IMG/VR virus record: IMGVR_UViG_3300031857_000291
Coordinates: 1 to 50,656 of that record
DNA: 50,656 nt
Reading direction: 5' to 3' (one strand)
Origin: a virus
Taxonomy: Duplodnaviria > Caudoviricetes
Part shown: positions 1 through 9,397 of the stretch, piece by piece
Layout: each line of letters begins with the position of its first letter
How positions within the stretch are numbered: position 1 is the first letter of the stretch
Notes under the pieces: generated by a model
The model's database searches: none
What the model was told of the DNA's origin: nothing
What the model saw: the letters and a program-made list of their open reading frames with translations, nothing else
Translations under genes and position numbers: made by a program

Positions 1-1238
1 GTGATGACCAGCTTGTCCAGCGACCCCGCAACGTCCATCGAGGTAAAGCCACCCGTGCCTACGCCCGTGTTGGCGCCGCCTGGGGGCACTTCGCTCATCT
101 GGTCGGCCACGAACGTGGTGCTGCCTGCCACGATGTTGGTCAGAGGTACCCGCAAGATACGGGTGAGCGTGAACAAGTACAGGCAGGCAACGCCAGAGCC
201 GGGGCCGTGCGCCAGTGTCGCCACGCGGCCATTGTTGGCCTGCGACAAGTTGCCAGTCACGACTTGGTTGCCGGTGACCACCATGTCGCTGCCGGTCAGC
301 GTGGCCGCTCCTGCCGTCAGCGTCAGCGGGGCGCGGATGTTGTAGCGGAACAGCTTAAGCGTAGTGGCCGCGCCGTCTGGCGCGTAGACGTACTGCTGGG
401 TCCAGGTATCGCGGTCGCCCAGCGCGCAGCCGCCGATGGTGGTGTTGGTAATGGTGGCCGCGTCCTTGAGCCAGTAGACCGCTTTGATCTTGTCCACCGT
501 GGTGGCTGCGGGGATTGTGGTGGCTGGGTTCTGGAAGTCCTCGTACCTCAAGCCCTTGGCGATGAACAGCCCGCCGTTGGTGGTGGTGACGTTCGTGTTC
601 GCGTGAACGATCATCAGATCCTGGATGACGTAGGGTGTACCGGTGCTGATGGTGCCCGCGCTGCTGCCAAGGGTCAGACCCGTTCCACTACCAATTGCGC
701 TGATGGGATACCAAGTCGTGATCTGCGTTGGGTCGGTGCTGCCGAAGCCGATACGCGAGCCCACACACTGCGTGGTGAAGTCCGTGCCGCTGCCAGTGAC
801 CGCCGTACCGCTGACGCCCACGGTGCCCGTGGTGTAGTTCTCCAGGATTACTCGCAGGCCGCGAGTGGTGACGTTGCCGGTCGTCGGGAACGTCAACGTG
901 ACGGCGCCGACCAGGGTGTAGGTGGTTGTCGAAGGCACCCACGTCCACAGTTGCACTCGGCGAGTGGCTGCGGCAGTCGCAAAGTCGCTACCGAAAACCC
1001 AGAAAAGATCGTCCGTGATTTTGATCGGGTGAACGAAGTTGGCCGGAATAGCCAGGGACGATTCGCCGAAGTTGGCGACGTTCAGAGGCGAAGGGCCGAT
1101 GAACTTGTCTGTGTCGCCCGCGCCCAGATTGAATTGGCCCGTGTGCTTGCCCCGGTTGATCTTGGTGGCGTCGTAGGCCGCGCCGATGGCCTGCTGAACC
1201 AAGGACCCGTTGAAGACTTGTTCGACTGCTGCTTTCAT
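1..1238 (-). CDS. Large Thr/Gly-rich virion (tail/fibre-like) protein, truncated by the left window edge; absent from the supplied ORF track
   Basis: ATG at 1238 overlaps the upstream TGA (ATGA). The frame reads MKAAVEQVFNGSLVQQAIGAAYDATK...GTVGVSGTAVTGSGTDF...FTSMDVAGSLDKLVI open to position 1, with beta-rich structural composition. Confidence 0.75.
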   Translation of the reverse strand, partial: MKAAVEQVFNGSLVQQAIGAAYDATKINRGKHTGQFNLGAGDTDKFIGPSPLNVANFGESSLAIPANFVHPIKITDDLFWVFGSDFATAAATRRVQLWTWVPSTTTYTLVGAVTLTFPTTGNVTTRGLRVILENYTTGTVGVSGTAVTGSGTDFTTQCVGSRIGFGSTDPTQITTWYPISAIGSGTGLTLGSSAGTISTGTPYVIQDLMIVHANTNVTTTNGGLFIAKGLRYEDFQNPATTIPAATTVDKIKAVYWLKDAATITNTTIGGCALGDRDTWTQQYVYAPDGAATTLKLFRYNIRAPLTLTAGAATLTGSDMVVTGNQVVTGNLSQANNGRVATLAHGPGSGVACLYLFTLTRILRVPLTNIVAGSTTFVADQMSEVPPGGANTGVGTGGFTSMDVAGSLDKLVI

Positions 1239-1417
1239 TCGGAAACCTCATTCGGGTCTTGCCCGACTACCGTGGCCGCCAGGAACTGACAGGTGGGCCC
1301 GTTGGTGTCAACCTTGCGGCGGCACAACACCAAAGACAGCAGCTCGTAGTCCCCGGCCTGGACGACTTCGTAGTCCGGGGCGCCGACAACGGTCTGCCAC
1401 TGGGTGATAGCGAACAT
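1235..1417 (-). CDS. Small hypothetical protein (60 aa)
   Basis: MFAITQWQTVVGAPDYEVV...; fills the gap between two structural genes and is translationally coupled at 1235-1238. Confidence 0.55.
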   Translation of the reverse strand: MFAITQWQTVVGAPDYEVVQAGDYELLSLVLCRRKVDTNGPTCQFLAATVVGQDPNEVSE

Positions 1418-1425
1418 AGCGGCCC

Positions 1426-1824
1426 TTACAACGCAAAGATGCCGCTGGCATTCCAAGTGACCGTGATGTCACCGCCGTTGGGCGTAACCGGCAGGCCGGT
1501 AAAACCGGTGTCAAGGAACGCCACCAGGCGCGAGGTGCCTGCGGTGCCGGTGTCGATGTAGAGCACGATGGCCTCGGCACTGTTGCCCGTCACCGCCGTG
1601 TAGGTGACGTCTGCCGCGTCAAAGACACCGTCGGTGTACGTCTTGGTGCCCAGCGTCTGCGCCGTGCCCACCACGCCCGTGAGCGAGGTCAGGAACTCAT
1701 GCGCGGCGCTGTAGGTGTACGCGCCGGTGTCCACCAGCGCGGCCTTCACCGTGCCCGTCAGGCTGGAGTTGGCAGAGCTTTGCAGCACCGCCTCCTTGTA
1801 CTTCGGATAAATCGCGTTTGGCAT
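1426..1824 (-). CDS. Virion structural protein (tail-associated, 132 aa)
   Basis: MPNAIYPKYKE...GVFDAADVT...LVAFLD...PVTPNGGDITVTWNASGIF resembles a widespread phage structural family; lies directly downstream of the portal. Confidence 0.7.
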   Translation of the reverse strand: MPNAIYPKYKEAVLQSSANSSLTGTVKAALVDTGAYTYSAAHEFLTSLTGVVGTAQTLGTKTYTDGVFDAADVTYTAVTGNSAEAIVLYIDTGTAGTSRLVAFLDTGFTGLPVTPNGGDITVTWNASGIFAL

Positions 1825-1831
1825 CGGTCAG

Positions 1832-4207
1832 TTACTCCACTTCAATCCGGGCCACGCGGCCCTTCTCGCGCACGATGCGCTTGGGCCTGCTGATTGCAGC
1901 AATCGCCCGATCGGCATTCTCTCGCAACGTGCTGGAAACGTCCGCCATAGCAGCGCCCACGCCCTGCACCGCCTTGTTGATATCTGCAATCTTAGTTTCC
2001 ATCGTCTGCTCGACGCGGGTTACAGTTTGATCAATCTCGGACACCTTCTCGCGCAAGGTATCCACCACCTGCACTATTTCACCACTGGCCACCTTCGTGC
2101 TCTGGTTAGCGGCAAGCTCCTCCATCACGGCGGCGAGCTTGGCTTCCTGCTCTTCAAGCTGACGGCGCTTGATGGCGTTGTCAATTCTCATTGACTCTGC
2201 CTTAAGAGTGTCAAATTCGCTCATAGGCTTGGGCTGCGCAGCGGCAGGGCTGGCCGGGGCACCGCCCGCAGCAGGCGCTCCAGTGCCGTCCTTCTGCGGG
2301 CCCATGATTTGTGTGAAGTGCCTTGCCAACGCACGCTTGTTCTCGTTTTCTTCTTGAATCTGAGTGATGCGCTCTTTAGTCTGGTTAGTTTCCCGAGTCT
2401 TCTCAAGTGCCACCACCTGTGCAGACGTCTTCTCCTTGAGTTGCTGCTGCATCTGCTGTAGCTGAAGCATCGCTGCGCGGAGCTGCTGCTGTAGTTGTGC
2501 AACCTCAGGGTTATCCATGGTAAAGAACCTGCTGCCATCCTGGTAACCAAGATGACCAAAGATTTCTTTTCCAACCTCCACCATATTAACACCCGGCACA
2601 GGGTTGCGCAGCATGCCGGAGTACATATTCATCGCAGTGAGGAACTTTTGAAGCTTCTGCCCAGGGTCCGTAGCGCCCATCCCCACATTAACAGTGAGTG
2701 TTACTTCCTGGTTGAGTAGCTCATCAGTAACTTCGTCTACCCCAAAGCGCTGGAGCAGCTTGGCATTCTTAGCTGCAAGGCCAAGAATTACGCGGTCAGT
2801 CTCGTAGGCTTGCTCAAGCAAGATCAGTTGCCGCAGTGCGGGCTGGATGAACGTTTCAACGTATGTGCGGATAAGATACTCAACCAGAGTTCCATTGCTC
2901 TGGTTGAGCATGCTCATGTTGCGGGCGGGCGCGTTGGCTGCGCCCGCCATCATGATTGCTGCGGGGTTGAAATTACCCAGCAACTCGTCCATCGACATGT
3001 CGAGACCCTGTTGCTCCATGTAGGAACTCTGGGTAACGTCAGGCCAGGAAATTTCGCGTACGTCGTTGATGGGGTCGTTCATCATCACAACGCCACCGGG
3101 CACGTTGCGGACGAGGCCTGCTAGGTCAACTTCAACACCGCGCTTGGCAAACCACTTCTTATTCAGCGCGAACTTGACGTTGTCAATGCGCTGGTTCGCA
3201 ATCTCGTTAATCTCGTCCTCAAGTCCCCGGGCCAGCGTGGGCACACTGCTGGGCATGGGCTTGTGCGTCTCAAGAATGCAGGAGCCAATGACGTAGGGCC
3301 TACGGCCGTGAAACACCTCGTCCTTGAGTGGGACGGGGTCAGTCAACAGGCCGTACTCGCCCAGGGTGTAGAAGGTGTACTCCTCGCCATCCCTACGATG
3401 AATGTGCCGCTGCACCCAGGCAATTTCATAGTCCCCAAGGGCGCGAGTGTCGGCGCTCTGTGGGTCTTCCTTGTTGGCATTGCGGGCGATGCGCGTACTG
3501 TCAAAGTTACTGCTGGCCGTGGCAAGGCTGATAGGTAGCGTCTTCCACTCGCCGCTCTCCATCTTTGCCCGGATGTCCATGGCGTGCATGGGGATCAGGT
3601 GGATGAAGTAGGGGCTGGTGCCCACTACGTCTATCCAGCTAGCGGCGGGGTCAAACCTGACGTTTTCAATGGGGATGAGATCGATCTGCGGCTTGTCAAC
3701 GTTCTGTAGCTCGTCGTACAGCCAGTGTACGTGCCCGCACACCACTCCGGTAGTCTGTGCGTCTTGTATGCCGCCCATCACCACCTGGAACCAGGGGATG
3801 GTACGCGTCAGCCGGTACTGGACAAGCTGCTTCATCACCTCGGCGCTGGCTACCTGCGCCTTGTCCGACTGGTCGCCCGCGCCAATACTCACCACGTCCA
3901 CATTGCTGAAGAACGCGGCAGCAGCCGCAGCCTCGTTTTTCCGGATTACGGAGCGAATCTTGGGTCGGTACAGGCGGCTGCGCTTGTCGTACGCGGGGGC
4001 GTTGTACTTGCTGTCCGACGGGTGCATGTTGTTGAATGCACGGATGCTATCTTCCCACGCCTTGCGCCAGTTGCCGTCCACATAGCTGGTGCTGCTACGG
4101 AACGCGCTCCTCGCCCGGGACAACCACTCGTCAGATCCGGTATCTTCGTCCGGATTGCCGTTCTGCGCAGTGGGCGGAGTGTTGGTTCTGGCGATGTCGG
4201 AAATCAT
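1832..4207 (-). CDS. Portal protein, P22-like, with long C-terminal coiled coil
   Basis: About 790 aa downstream of terL; motifs RPYVIG, EINEIANQRIDNVK, RNVPGGVV and a Gln-rich barrel region. ATG at 4207 overlaps the upstream stop. Confidence 0.85.
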   Translation of the reverse strand: MISDIARTNTPPTAQNGNPDEDTGSDEWLSRARSAFRSSTSYVDGNWRKAWEDSIRAFNNMHPSDSKYNAPAYDKRSRLYRPKIRSVIRKNEAAAAAAFFSNVDVVSIGAGDQSDKAQVASAEVMKQLVQYRLTRTIPWFQVVMGGIQDAQTTGVVCGHVHWLYDELQNVDKPQIDLIPIENVRFDPAASWIDVVGTSPYFIHLIPMHAMDIRAKMESGEWKTLPISLATASSNFDSTRIARNANKEDPQSADTRALGDYEIAWVQRHIHRRDGEEYTFYTLGEYGLLTDPVPLKDEVFHGRRPYVIGSCILETHKPMPSSVPTLARGLEDEINEIANQRIDNVKFALNKKWFAKRGVEVDLAGLVRNVPGGVVMMNDPINDVREISWPDVTQSSYMEQQGLDMSMDELLGNFNPAAIMMAGAANAPARNMSMLNQSNGTLVEYLIRTYVETFIQPALRQLILLEQAYETDRVILGLAAKNAKLLQRFGVDEVTDELLNQEVTLTVNVGMGATDPGQKLQKFLTAMNMYSGMLRNPVPGVNMVEVGKEIFGHLGYQDGSRFFTMDNPEVAQLQQQLRAAMLQLQQMQQQLKEKTSAQVVALEKTRETNQTKERITQIQEENENKRALARHFTQIMGPQKDGTGAPAAGGAPASPAAAQPKPMSEFDTLKAESMRIDNAIKRRQLEEQEAKLAAVMEELAANQSTKVASGEIVQVVDTLREKVSEIDQTVTRVEQTMETKIADINKAVQGVGAAMADVSSTLRENADRAIAAISRPKRIVREKGRVARIEVE

Positions 4208-4545
4208 GTAGACTTGTCCTGTAGCGTGAGCATCTCGCCATTCCACGCGCCACGGGGCACGCCGCAGCGCTCAAGCAGCTCGCCACCAGCGCGGACTACG
4301 TTACGCTCCAGCTCGCTAACCGTGGCGGCGCGGTGCGCGTCAACGGTAAAGCCGTAGCGCCCGTCGTCAATCGCCATGTTCTTCACCACCAGGGTGCGGC
4401 CCGGTGCCCAGCCCACCATCCACACATGCGCGGGGTAGTGGTTGCTGAGCACTTGCGCTGCCAGCTTGGCAATGAGCTCCATCTGGCTATTTTCGGCGTC
4501 TCCAGCGGTGGCTTCGACGGTGGCAATGTCAGCAGCAGAATTCAT
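4204..4545 (-). CDS. Hypothetical protein upstream of portal
   Basis: 113 aa ORF coupled to the portal; preceded by a TACACT promoter-like element. Confidence 0.65.
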   Translation of the reverse strand: MNSAADIATVEATAGDAENSQMELIAKLAAQVLSNHYPAHVWMVGWAPGRTLVVKNMAIDDGRYGFTVDAHRAATVSELERNVVRAGGELLERCGVPRGAWNGEMLTLQDKST

Positions 4546-4552
4546 GGAGCGT

Positions 4553-4582
4553 AGTGTAACAGGGCCGGGGGCCTAGTGGCTA
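4553..4582 (-). promoter_or_regulatory. Putative promoter TAGCCA-N18-TACACT, probably giving a leaderless mRNA
   Basis: TACACT at 4558-4553, followed by 7 nt and then the ATG at 4545; same pattern at 6713, 9151, 13441 and 42366. Confidence 0.55.
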
Positions 4583-4672
4583 GTGCCGTGGCGCTACGCG
4601 CAGCGTGATGCCTACGTGCCCGAAGGTGCGGAGGAACCAGCGGATGATGTGGGGTGCTGGGCGGGGGGTCAT
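4580..4672 (-). pseudogene. Truncated 30-aa copy of the gene at 42728-42988
   Basis: MTPRPAPHIIRWFLRTFGHVGITL vs MTPRPAPHIVRWFLRTFGYGGITL; 4601-4672 matches 42917-42988 at 63 of 72 nt. Confidence 0.75.
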
Positions 4673-4674
4673 GG

Positions 4675-6495
4675 TCAGACGGCAATCGTGCCGAACGTCT
4701 TCCATGTGCCTGGCGTGCCGGCACTTGTACACACCCAGCCAATGTTTCCACCAGCAGATGGTTGCGAATGCCACACAATATCGCCCCGCTCCCATGTTCC
4801 GCTTGTAGGCACCGTGTAACTGGCGAATTGACGAGAATACAGATTGGAAGCGGCTGAACCCCTGTAATCGTAAAGGGTCATCTGCATTCCGGGCGCGTTC
4901 TGTCCACGCCCGTACAGAGGAGACAGCGCAGCCCCGGCGTCATTCTTCGCCCAGAAATAGGTCTGATTCGGATACGTCTCATTCTCCACAACAACGGCAT
5001 CCGTGTAGTCCACGACAAACTGCTGACCAGCAGTGGTCATATTGGTCGTGTACACGTTCCCAGAAACCACATTCAGTTTCCTGGCGCGCACAAGCTCACG
5101 GGTGGCGGCCCCGGTGGAATAGGCCGCACTCGGGCAATAAACCTGATTGCTGATAAATTCGCCGCCGCAATCCATCTGCAGCATGATGGCGCCGCCGTTG
5201 CTTACTGAGTTTTCGTTGACAAACGAACAGTCTCGGATGATGACCTGCTGGTCATAGATCGATCTGGAGGCGTCTTTGACCGCCAGCAATGATTGATTTT
5301 TTCCATACACAACGTGGTCTTTTATGCTCACTGTGCTCAACATATCTGAGTACAGAGGTGTGATGCGCGGGTTTGTTGCGGCGCCAGTCGTCAGTCGTGT
5401 CGTGCCGCCCGTAATCGAGCCATTCTTTACCGCAAAGATAATTTGATCAGAGCCAGAGGCAGACGCTCCAACCTCGAAGTATGGGTTTTCAAAAACGATG
5501 TCATCGACATTTCCCGTTGATGCGATGGACGGGTAAGTTGGCGACGCAAGATTGATACACGCAAAAATTGATCCCCCGTTGCCCGTAATGCGAGGATTGA
5601 CGAATTTAAGCTGCCGTACTACCACGCCAGTAGTTACGTTTGGCTCAATGTCCAAACCTGCGCCAGGAGCATAAGACCCGAACGATCCAGTGTTCCCCGT
5701 GTCACGAAAACGGCAGTTAATAAACGTGCCGTTGAACAGCCCGATGATGCTGCACCCTTGGCGACCGTTGTTATAAGAGTCGAGATTGATAACCGCAAAA
5801 TTGCGCGATTCCGTAGAAATTACTCCAGCCGTGAATTGATGGTCGATGTAAAGGCCATCGTTGGGGTGGTCGTGCAGTACCGGGTTGATTAGCGTCACAT
5901 TCTGACACCCAAAAAACTGCAGGCCATGCTCGCCCTGCTCGGTCCCCACCTTTGTGCCTGTGCTGACGTTGCCGTTTGTCTTGACGTTTTCCAGAAGCAC
6001 GTTCTTGCATCTGCGAAAAACAATGTTTGACGAAGTAAGCGATGCCGAATGAACAAAATCGGCCTTGAGACTGATTTCTGCGCCAGCATCAAAAACAAAC
6101 GTCAATCCGTCGCAGTCTGTAAATTCGATGTTGACCGTGTTCGGTGCGCCTGTCTGAGCTATGTAATAAGTGCCCTTCGGCCAAAGCACAAACCCGCCGC
6201 CTTGAGCGTTGACGTAGTTTTTCAAAGCGACAATCGCCGCCGTGTCGTCGGTCACCCCGTCGCCAACCGCCCCGAAGTCCTTCACGCTCACCGTCTCGCG
6301 CATCTTGGCCTGCGCCGTGCGCGTCTGCGCCCCTGTACCCGACTGGATAAACCCCACCCAGGCAGCGCCGTCACCATCGGCCAATAAGCTGGAGAGCGCG
6401 ACACGCTTGGTAGTGCTACCCTGCACCAGGGGCAGCAGTTCGGTGCCGTCGGGGGTCGTAGCGGCGGGGAGCTGGGAGATTTTGATGTTACTCAT
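4675..6495 (-). CDS. Tailspike/fibre 1 with right-handed beta-helix (pectate-lyase-like) depolymerase domain
   Basis: N-terminal MSNIKISQLP, then SVKDFGAVGDGVTDDTAAI, beta-helix repeats (NNGRQG, GLDIEPN) and C-terminal GWVCTSAGTPGTWKTFG. Confidence 0.85.
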   Translation of the reverse strand: MSNIKISQLPAATTPDGTELLPLVQGSTTKRVALSSLLADGDGAAWVGFIQSGTGAQTRTAQAKMRETVSVKDFGAVGDGVTDDTAAIVALKNYVNAQGGGFVLWPKGTYYIAQTGAPNTVNIEFTDCDGLTFVFDAGAEISLKADFVHSASLTSSNIVFRRCKNVLLENVKTNGNVSTGTKVGTEQGEHGLQFFGCQNVTLINPVLHDHPNDGLYIDHQFTAGVISTESRNFAVINLDSYNNGRQGCSIIGLFNGTFINCRFRDTGNTGSFGSYAPGAGLDIEPNVTTGVVVRQLKFVNPRITGNGGSIFACINLASPTYPSIASTGNVDDIVFENPYFEVGASASGSDQIIFAVKNGSITGGTTRLTTGAATNPRITPLYSDMLSTVSIKDHVVYGKNQSLLAVKDASRSIYDQQVIIRDCSFVNENSVSNGGAIMLQMDCGGEFISNQVYCPSAAYSTGAATRELVRARKLNVVSGNVYTTNMTTAGQQFVVDYTDAVVVENETYPNQTYFWAKNDAGAALSPLYGRGQNAPGMQMTLYDYRGSAASNLYSRQFASYTVPTSGTWERGDIVWHSQPSAGGNIGWVCTSAGTPGTWKTFGTIAV

Positions 6496-6701
6496 GGCGT
6501 GCCGAGGTTAGGGTTGTAGATGCCGGAGCGGGTACGGTCCGTGCTGTCAAACTGGCGGGAGTTGCCAAACTCGTACGCGCCGTGGTCAGGCGCACTAAAC
6601 TCGCTGCCCCAGGCACGCTCAACTAGCTGCTGCCAGTTGATTGTGCCCGTGGTTACGCGGCTAGTAATCTGGCGGGTGGTGGCGCTGGTGGGTGCGGGCA
6701 T
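6492..6701 (-). CDS. Small hypothetical protein (69 aa)
   Basis: Coupled to tailspike 1 (ATGA overlap); has its own promoter-like element upstream. Confidence 0.55.
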   Translation of the reverse strand: MPAPTSATTRQITSRVTTGTINWQQLVERAWGSEFSAPDHGAYEFGNSRQFDSTDRTRSGIYNPNLGTP

Positions 6702-6712
6702 ACGTGCTCCGT

Positions 6713-6742
6713 AGTGTAGTGGGCATGCAGGGGCGGGGGCAA
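6713..6742 (-). promoter_or_regulatory. Putative promoter TTGCCC-N18-TACACT
   Basis: Intergenic between terL and the 6701 gene; matches the recurring minus-strand pattern. Confidence 0.6.
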
Positions 6743-6756
6743 GGGGGCAGTCTCAG

Positions 6757-8355
6757 CTAGGTGTACTCGGGCTCCAGGTAGCCCACTTCCCGCAACGTGG
6801 GGGCGTGGGGCTCCATGTCATAGATGCGTGAGAACGCATCTACCAAGTCTTTGTTCCCGCCGAAGGGGAAGAAGTGTACTTGCAACCGCAAATCTTTACT
6901 TAGGTCGTAGATTTGGTTGCTCTCGTCCTTGCGCTTGATTGGCCGCGCAATGCGGTGCGCGTAGCCGGTATTCTGCATCTTGCGCTGCGTGGCGGTCAGC
7001 TTGTCGTCCTCGGTGTCGTAGGGCAGGTAGATGCGGTGGCTGCGCAGGTCAGGCCCCAGGCGCTGCACGCGGTCAACCTTGCTGCCCTCGCTGTCTCGGG
7101 GCCACATAAGCTCCTCAATGGGGAAGTGCCCGCCCTCGTTGGGCTTCTGCATCTGCTCGGCAAAGTAGTCCAAGTCAGCCTGAGCGCCAAAGGCCTCGTA
7201 GCCCACCTTTACGTTCTGTACGCCGGGGGCACGCTTCCAGCGGTGGAACATTTGCGCGGTGCGGGTCCAGCGCTCGCGCAGGTCCATCTTGTGGTTAAAG
7301 CCATCTAGCAGATACTTGTTGAGCGCATAGTCAACGCCCACAACGGCAATGGCGGTCTTGGCTGAGCCCTTCTTCTTACTGCGGGCGGGGTCAACCATGA
7401 TGTAGACGTTAAGCACCTCGGGCCGTACTTCGTACGTGCGGAGGTCCTCCACGTTGAACATGCGCTGCTGGCCAGCCAGGGGGTTCTGCAGCATCTGGCA
7501 GGAGATGGTAGCCTCGCCCTGGTCCCGCACCTTCTTGTCCCAGGTTTCCTGCGTAAAGAGCACTGGCGTGCCGGTAATGGTGCCGTCAGCCGTGGCGGGG
7601 TGCAGCCGCACCACCACAGACTTACGCTTGATAATCTCCTCGTACGTGTCGGCGTACGAGTAGCGGGTGCCAATGTGCCACTTGCGCCCCCCGGCGGTGC
7701 CGAGGTTGTCGCTAAGTTCCCAAGCCTCGGTGGTCTTGGCAATCTGCTCCGGGGTGGACACTGACTCGCGAGTTACGACGTCATCATACACCATGAGCGC
7801 AAAGTGCTTTGACGTCGGCTGCCCGTCCACTAGGCCATGAGCCTCAATGGTGTTCTCCTTGGGGTTGCTGCTGCGGCAGACGGTGATGCCGTTGTCCAAA
7901 CTCCAGGACGGTGCCTCGCGTTCTGGATTCTGCCAAAAGATAGAGGGGAACTGCGCCCGCAGGTCCTCATTCTTCTCAAACTCTTTCTGTATCTGGCGCA
8001 GAAACGCCTTGGCGATTGGCTTTGTGTGGCTGAACAAACCGATGGTAATTTCGGGATCGTTAATTATCTCTTGGATAATGCCAGCAAAGGTGATAATCGT
8101 GCTCTTGTAGTGCTCCCGGGCCCAGAGGTCGAGGTAGCCGTCGCGGGCTGCCTCTACCTCCCGCGTGCGGGCGTACAGCCAGGGGTGTATAGCATCCGGC
8201 CGGTGCAGGGTTTTAACTAGGAGGTAGTACCTATCATTCTGCGAGAGCCAGGGCTTAATCTGGTCCGTGGGGAAGCTACCCTCCAGTATCTGCCAGAACT
8301 CTGAAATAGAGTGGAACGGCGCGGCCAGCAGCGCGGCTTTAATTTCCGGCGTCAT
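6757..8355 (-). CDS. terL: Terminase large subunit
   Basis: Walker A-like AREHYKST, Walker B LMVYDDV, coupling motif IGTRY and nuclease motifs VDPA and DLVDA. Confidence 0.92.
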   Translation of the reverse strand: MTPEIKAALLAAPFHSISEFWQILEGSFPTDQIKPWLSQNDRYYLLVKTLHRPDAIHPWLYARTREVEAARDGYLDLWAREHYKSTIITFAGIIQEIINDPEITIGLFSHTKPIAKAFLRQIQKEFEKNEDLRAQFPSIFWQNPEREAPSWSLDNGITVCRSSNPKENTIEAHGLVDGQPTSKHFALMVYDDVVTRESVSTPEQIAKTTEAWELSDNLGTAGGRKWHIGTRYSYADTYEEIIKRKSVVVRLHPATADGTITGTPVLFTQETWDKKVRDQGEATISCQMLQNPLAGQQRMFNVEDLRTYEVRPEVLNVYIMVDPARSKKKGSAKTAIAVVGVDYALNKYLLDGFNHKMDLRERWTRTAQMFHRWKRAPGVQNVKVGYEAFGAQADLDYFAEQMQKPNEGGHFPIEELMWPRDSEGSKVDRVQRLGPDLRSHRIYLPYDTEDDKLTATQRKMQNTGYAHRIARPIKRKDESNQIYDLSKDLRLQVHFFPFGGNKDLVDAFSRIYDMEPHAPTLREVGYLEPEYT

Positions 8356-8965
8356 TGCTCACCACCTCTACGCCACCCATCCGCTTGGCAAGCACGGCGG
8401 CGAACTTGCTCATCACAGCGTCCACCTGTCCCTGCTCAGTGGGGGTGGGGGGCGGCTTGTCAAGGTCTTCAAACACACCCTGAATTCCATACGCCTGCCG
8501 CTCGAGGAGCATCAGCGTCTTCATACTATCGGCCAAGCGGCCAAGCACGCGGCTCTTCGTGTCAAGTGTGGCCAGGGGGTCGTCGTCCTCGCTGGGGGTG
8601 ACGGTGACCAAGTCCCCAATCAGAGTTGAGCAAATGTCGCGTGCCTGCTTGATGTCCTTGCGGTGAGTGCTGAGCACGTTGGCCTGCATCTCGGCATTGA
8701 CGCGCTCAATAACCGCGAGCTTGCGCTCCTTCTCCTCGGCCATGCGCTCTCGGTTGGCGAGGATCATGTCCGCAGTCATCTTGGCAACGAGGTTGCCCTT
8801 GTTACGCGTCCAGCCCTTGTTACTCGCTTTGGAGATGAGCAGCGTGGGGGTGACGCCTATCTCTGTAGCTATGTCCACGGTGGGCTTGTCCGTAGTTTCG
8901 TACTGCACCTGCGCCCAGTCCCAGTCGTTGTGCCGGGCGGGGATAAATACTGCTTTACTTGCCAC
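8339..8965 (-). CDS. terS: Terminase small subunit (probable)
   Basis: N-terminal HTH (DWAQVQYET...IATEIGVT...KGWTR) and LERQAYGI; immediately upstream of terL. Confidence 0.75.
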   Translation of the reverse strand: MASKAVFIPARHNDWDWAQVQYETTDKPTVDIATEIGVTPTLLISKASNKGWTRNKGNLVAKMTADMILANRERMAEEKERKLAVIERVNAEMQANVLSTHRKDIKQARDICSTLIGDLVTVTPSEDDDPLATLDTKSRVLGRLADSMKTLMLLERQAYGIQGVFEDLDKPPPTPTEQGQVDAVMSKFAAVLAKRMGGVEVVSNDAGN

Positions 8966-9119
8966 GCTTCTTAACTACTGAGTTAGCGCTGGCAATGGCG
9001 CGGCCTTCATTCTTCGTCTTCTTCAGCACCGAGTTTGCCACGGCGGACCACTGGCGCTTTTCTTTGCTGGTGTCTGCCTTTCTGGTGTACTTGGGGGCGT
9101 CGGCCATCGTGTAGGGCAT
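8955..9119 (-). CDS. Small basic phage protein (54 aa); not in the ORF track
   Basis: GGAGG RBS, then MPYTMADAPKYTRKADTSKEKRQWSAVANSVLKKTKNEGRAIASANSVVKKRGK; overlaps the terS start. Confidence 0.7.
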   Translation of the reverse strand: MPYTMADAPKYTRKADTSKEKRQWSAVANSVLKKTKNEGRAIASANSVVKKRGK

Positions 9120-9150
9120 GGGGTAGTCCTCCAGCGGGGGTGGTGGGGCT

Positions 9151-9180
9151 AGTGTACCGCCTGCCCAGTGGCGGATGCAA
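9151..9180 (-). promoter_or_regulatory. Putative promoter TTGCAT-N18-TACACT for the packaging operon
   Basis: Upstream of the first minus-strand gene; recurring pattern. Confidence 0.6.
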
Positions 9181-9287
9181 ATAAAACATTCGATCGACTG
9201 CCGAGGCTGAATTCATACCCCCCATGTTCGATTCTCAGTGCCCTGCTCTTGATTCTCAGTACCACGTGCGTGGTGGTAATCTGCTTG

Positions 9288-9397
9288 GATACTCAGTAGC
9301 TGAGATTCTGAGAACCCCGGCACTTTGATACTCAGTAGCTGAGATTCTGAGAACCCCGGCACTTTGATACTCAGTAGCTGAGATTCTGAGAACCCCG
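9288..9397. repeat. 39-bp tandem repeat, about 2.8 copies (GATACTCAGTAGCTGAGATTCTGAGAACCCCGGCACTTT)
   Basis: Units start at 9288, 9327 and 9366, each with a CTCAG-tag-CTGAG inverted repeat; related GATTCTCAGT at 9230 and 9251. Confidence 0.95.

Noticed and set aside
207-1289. 360-aa plus-strand ORF and the many other long antisense ORFs in the track
   Set aside because: Shadow frames of GC-rich genes; the opposite strand carries the coherent, coupled genes.
4601-4672. Diversity-generating retroelement TR/VR pair with 42917-42988
   Set aside because: Mismatches are not adenine-specific and there is no reverse transcriptase in the window.
9007-9225. 72-aa ORF from the track
   Set aside because: The alternative frame 8955-9119 has a GGAGG RBS, lies downstream of the promoter and couples to terS.
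9288-9397. Possible CRISPR mini-array
   Set aside because: The 39-bp units abut with no unique spacers; it is a plain tandem repeat.
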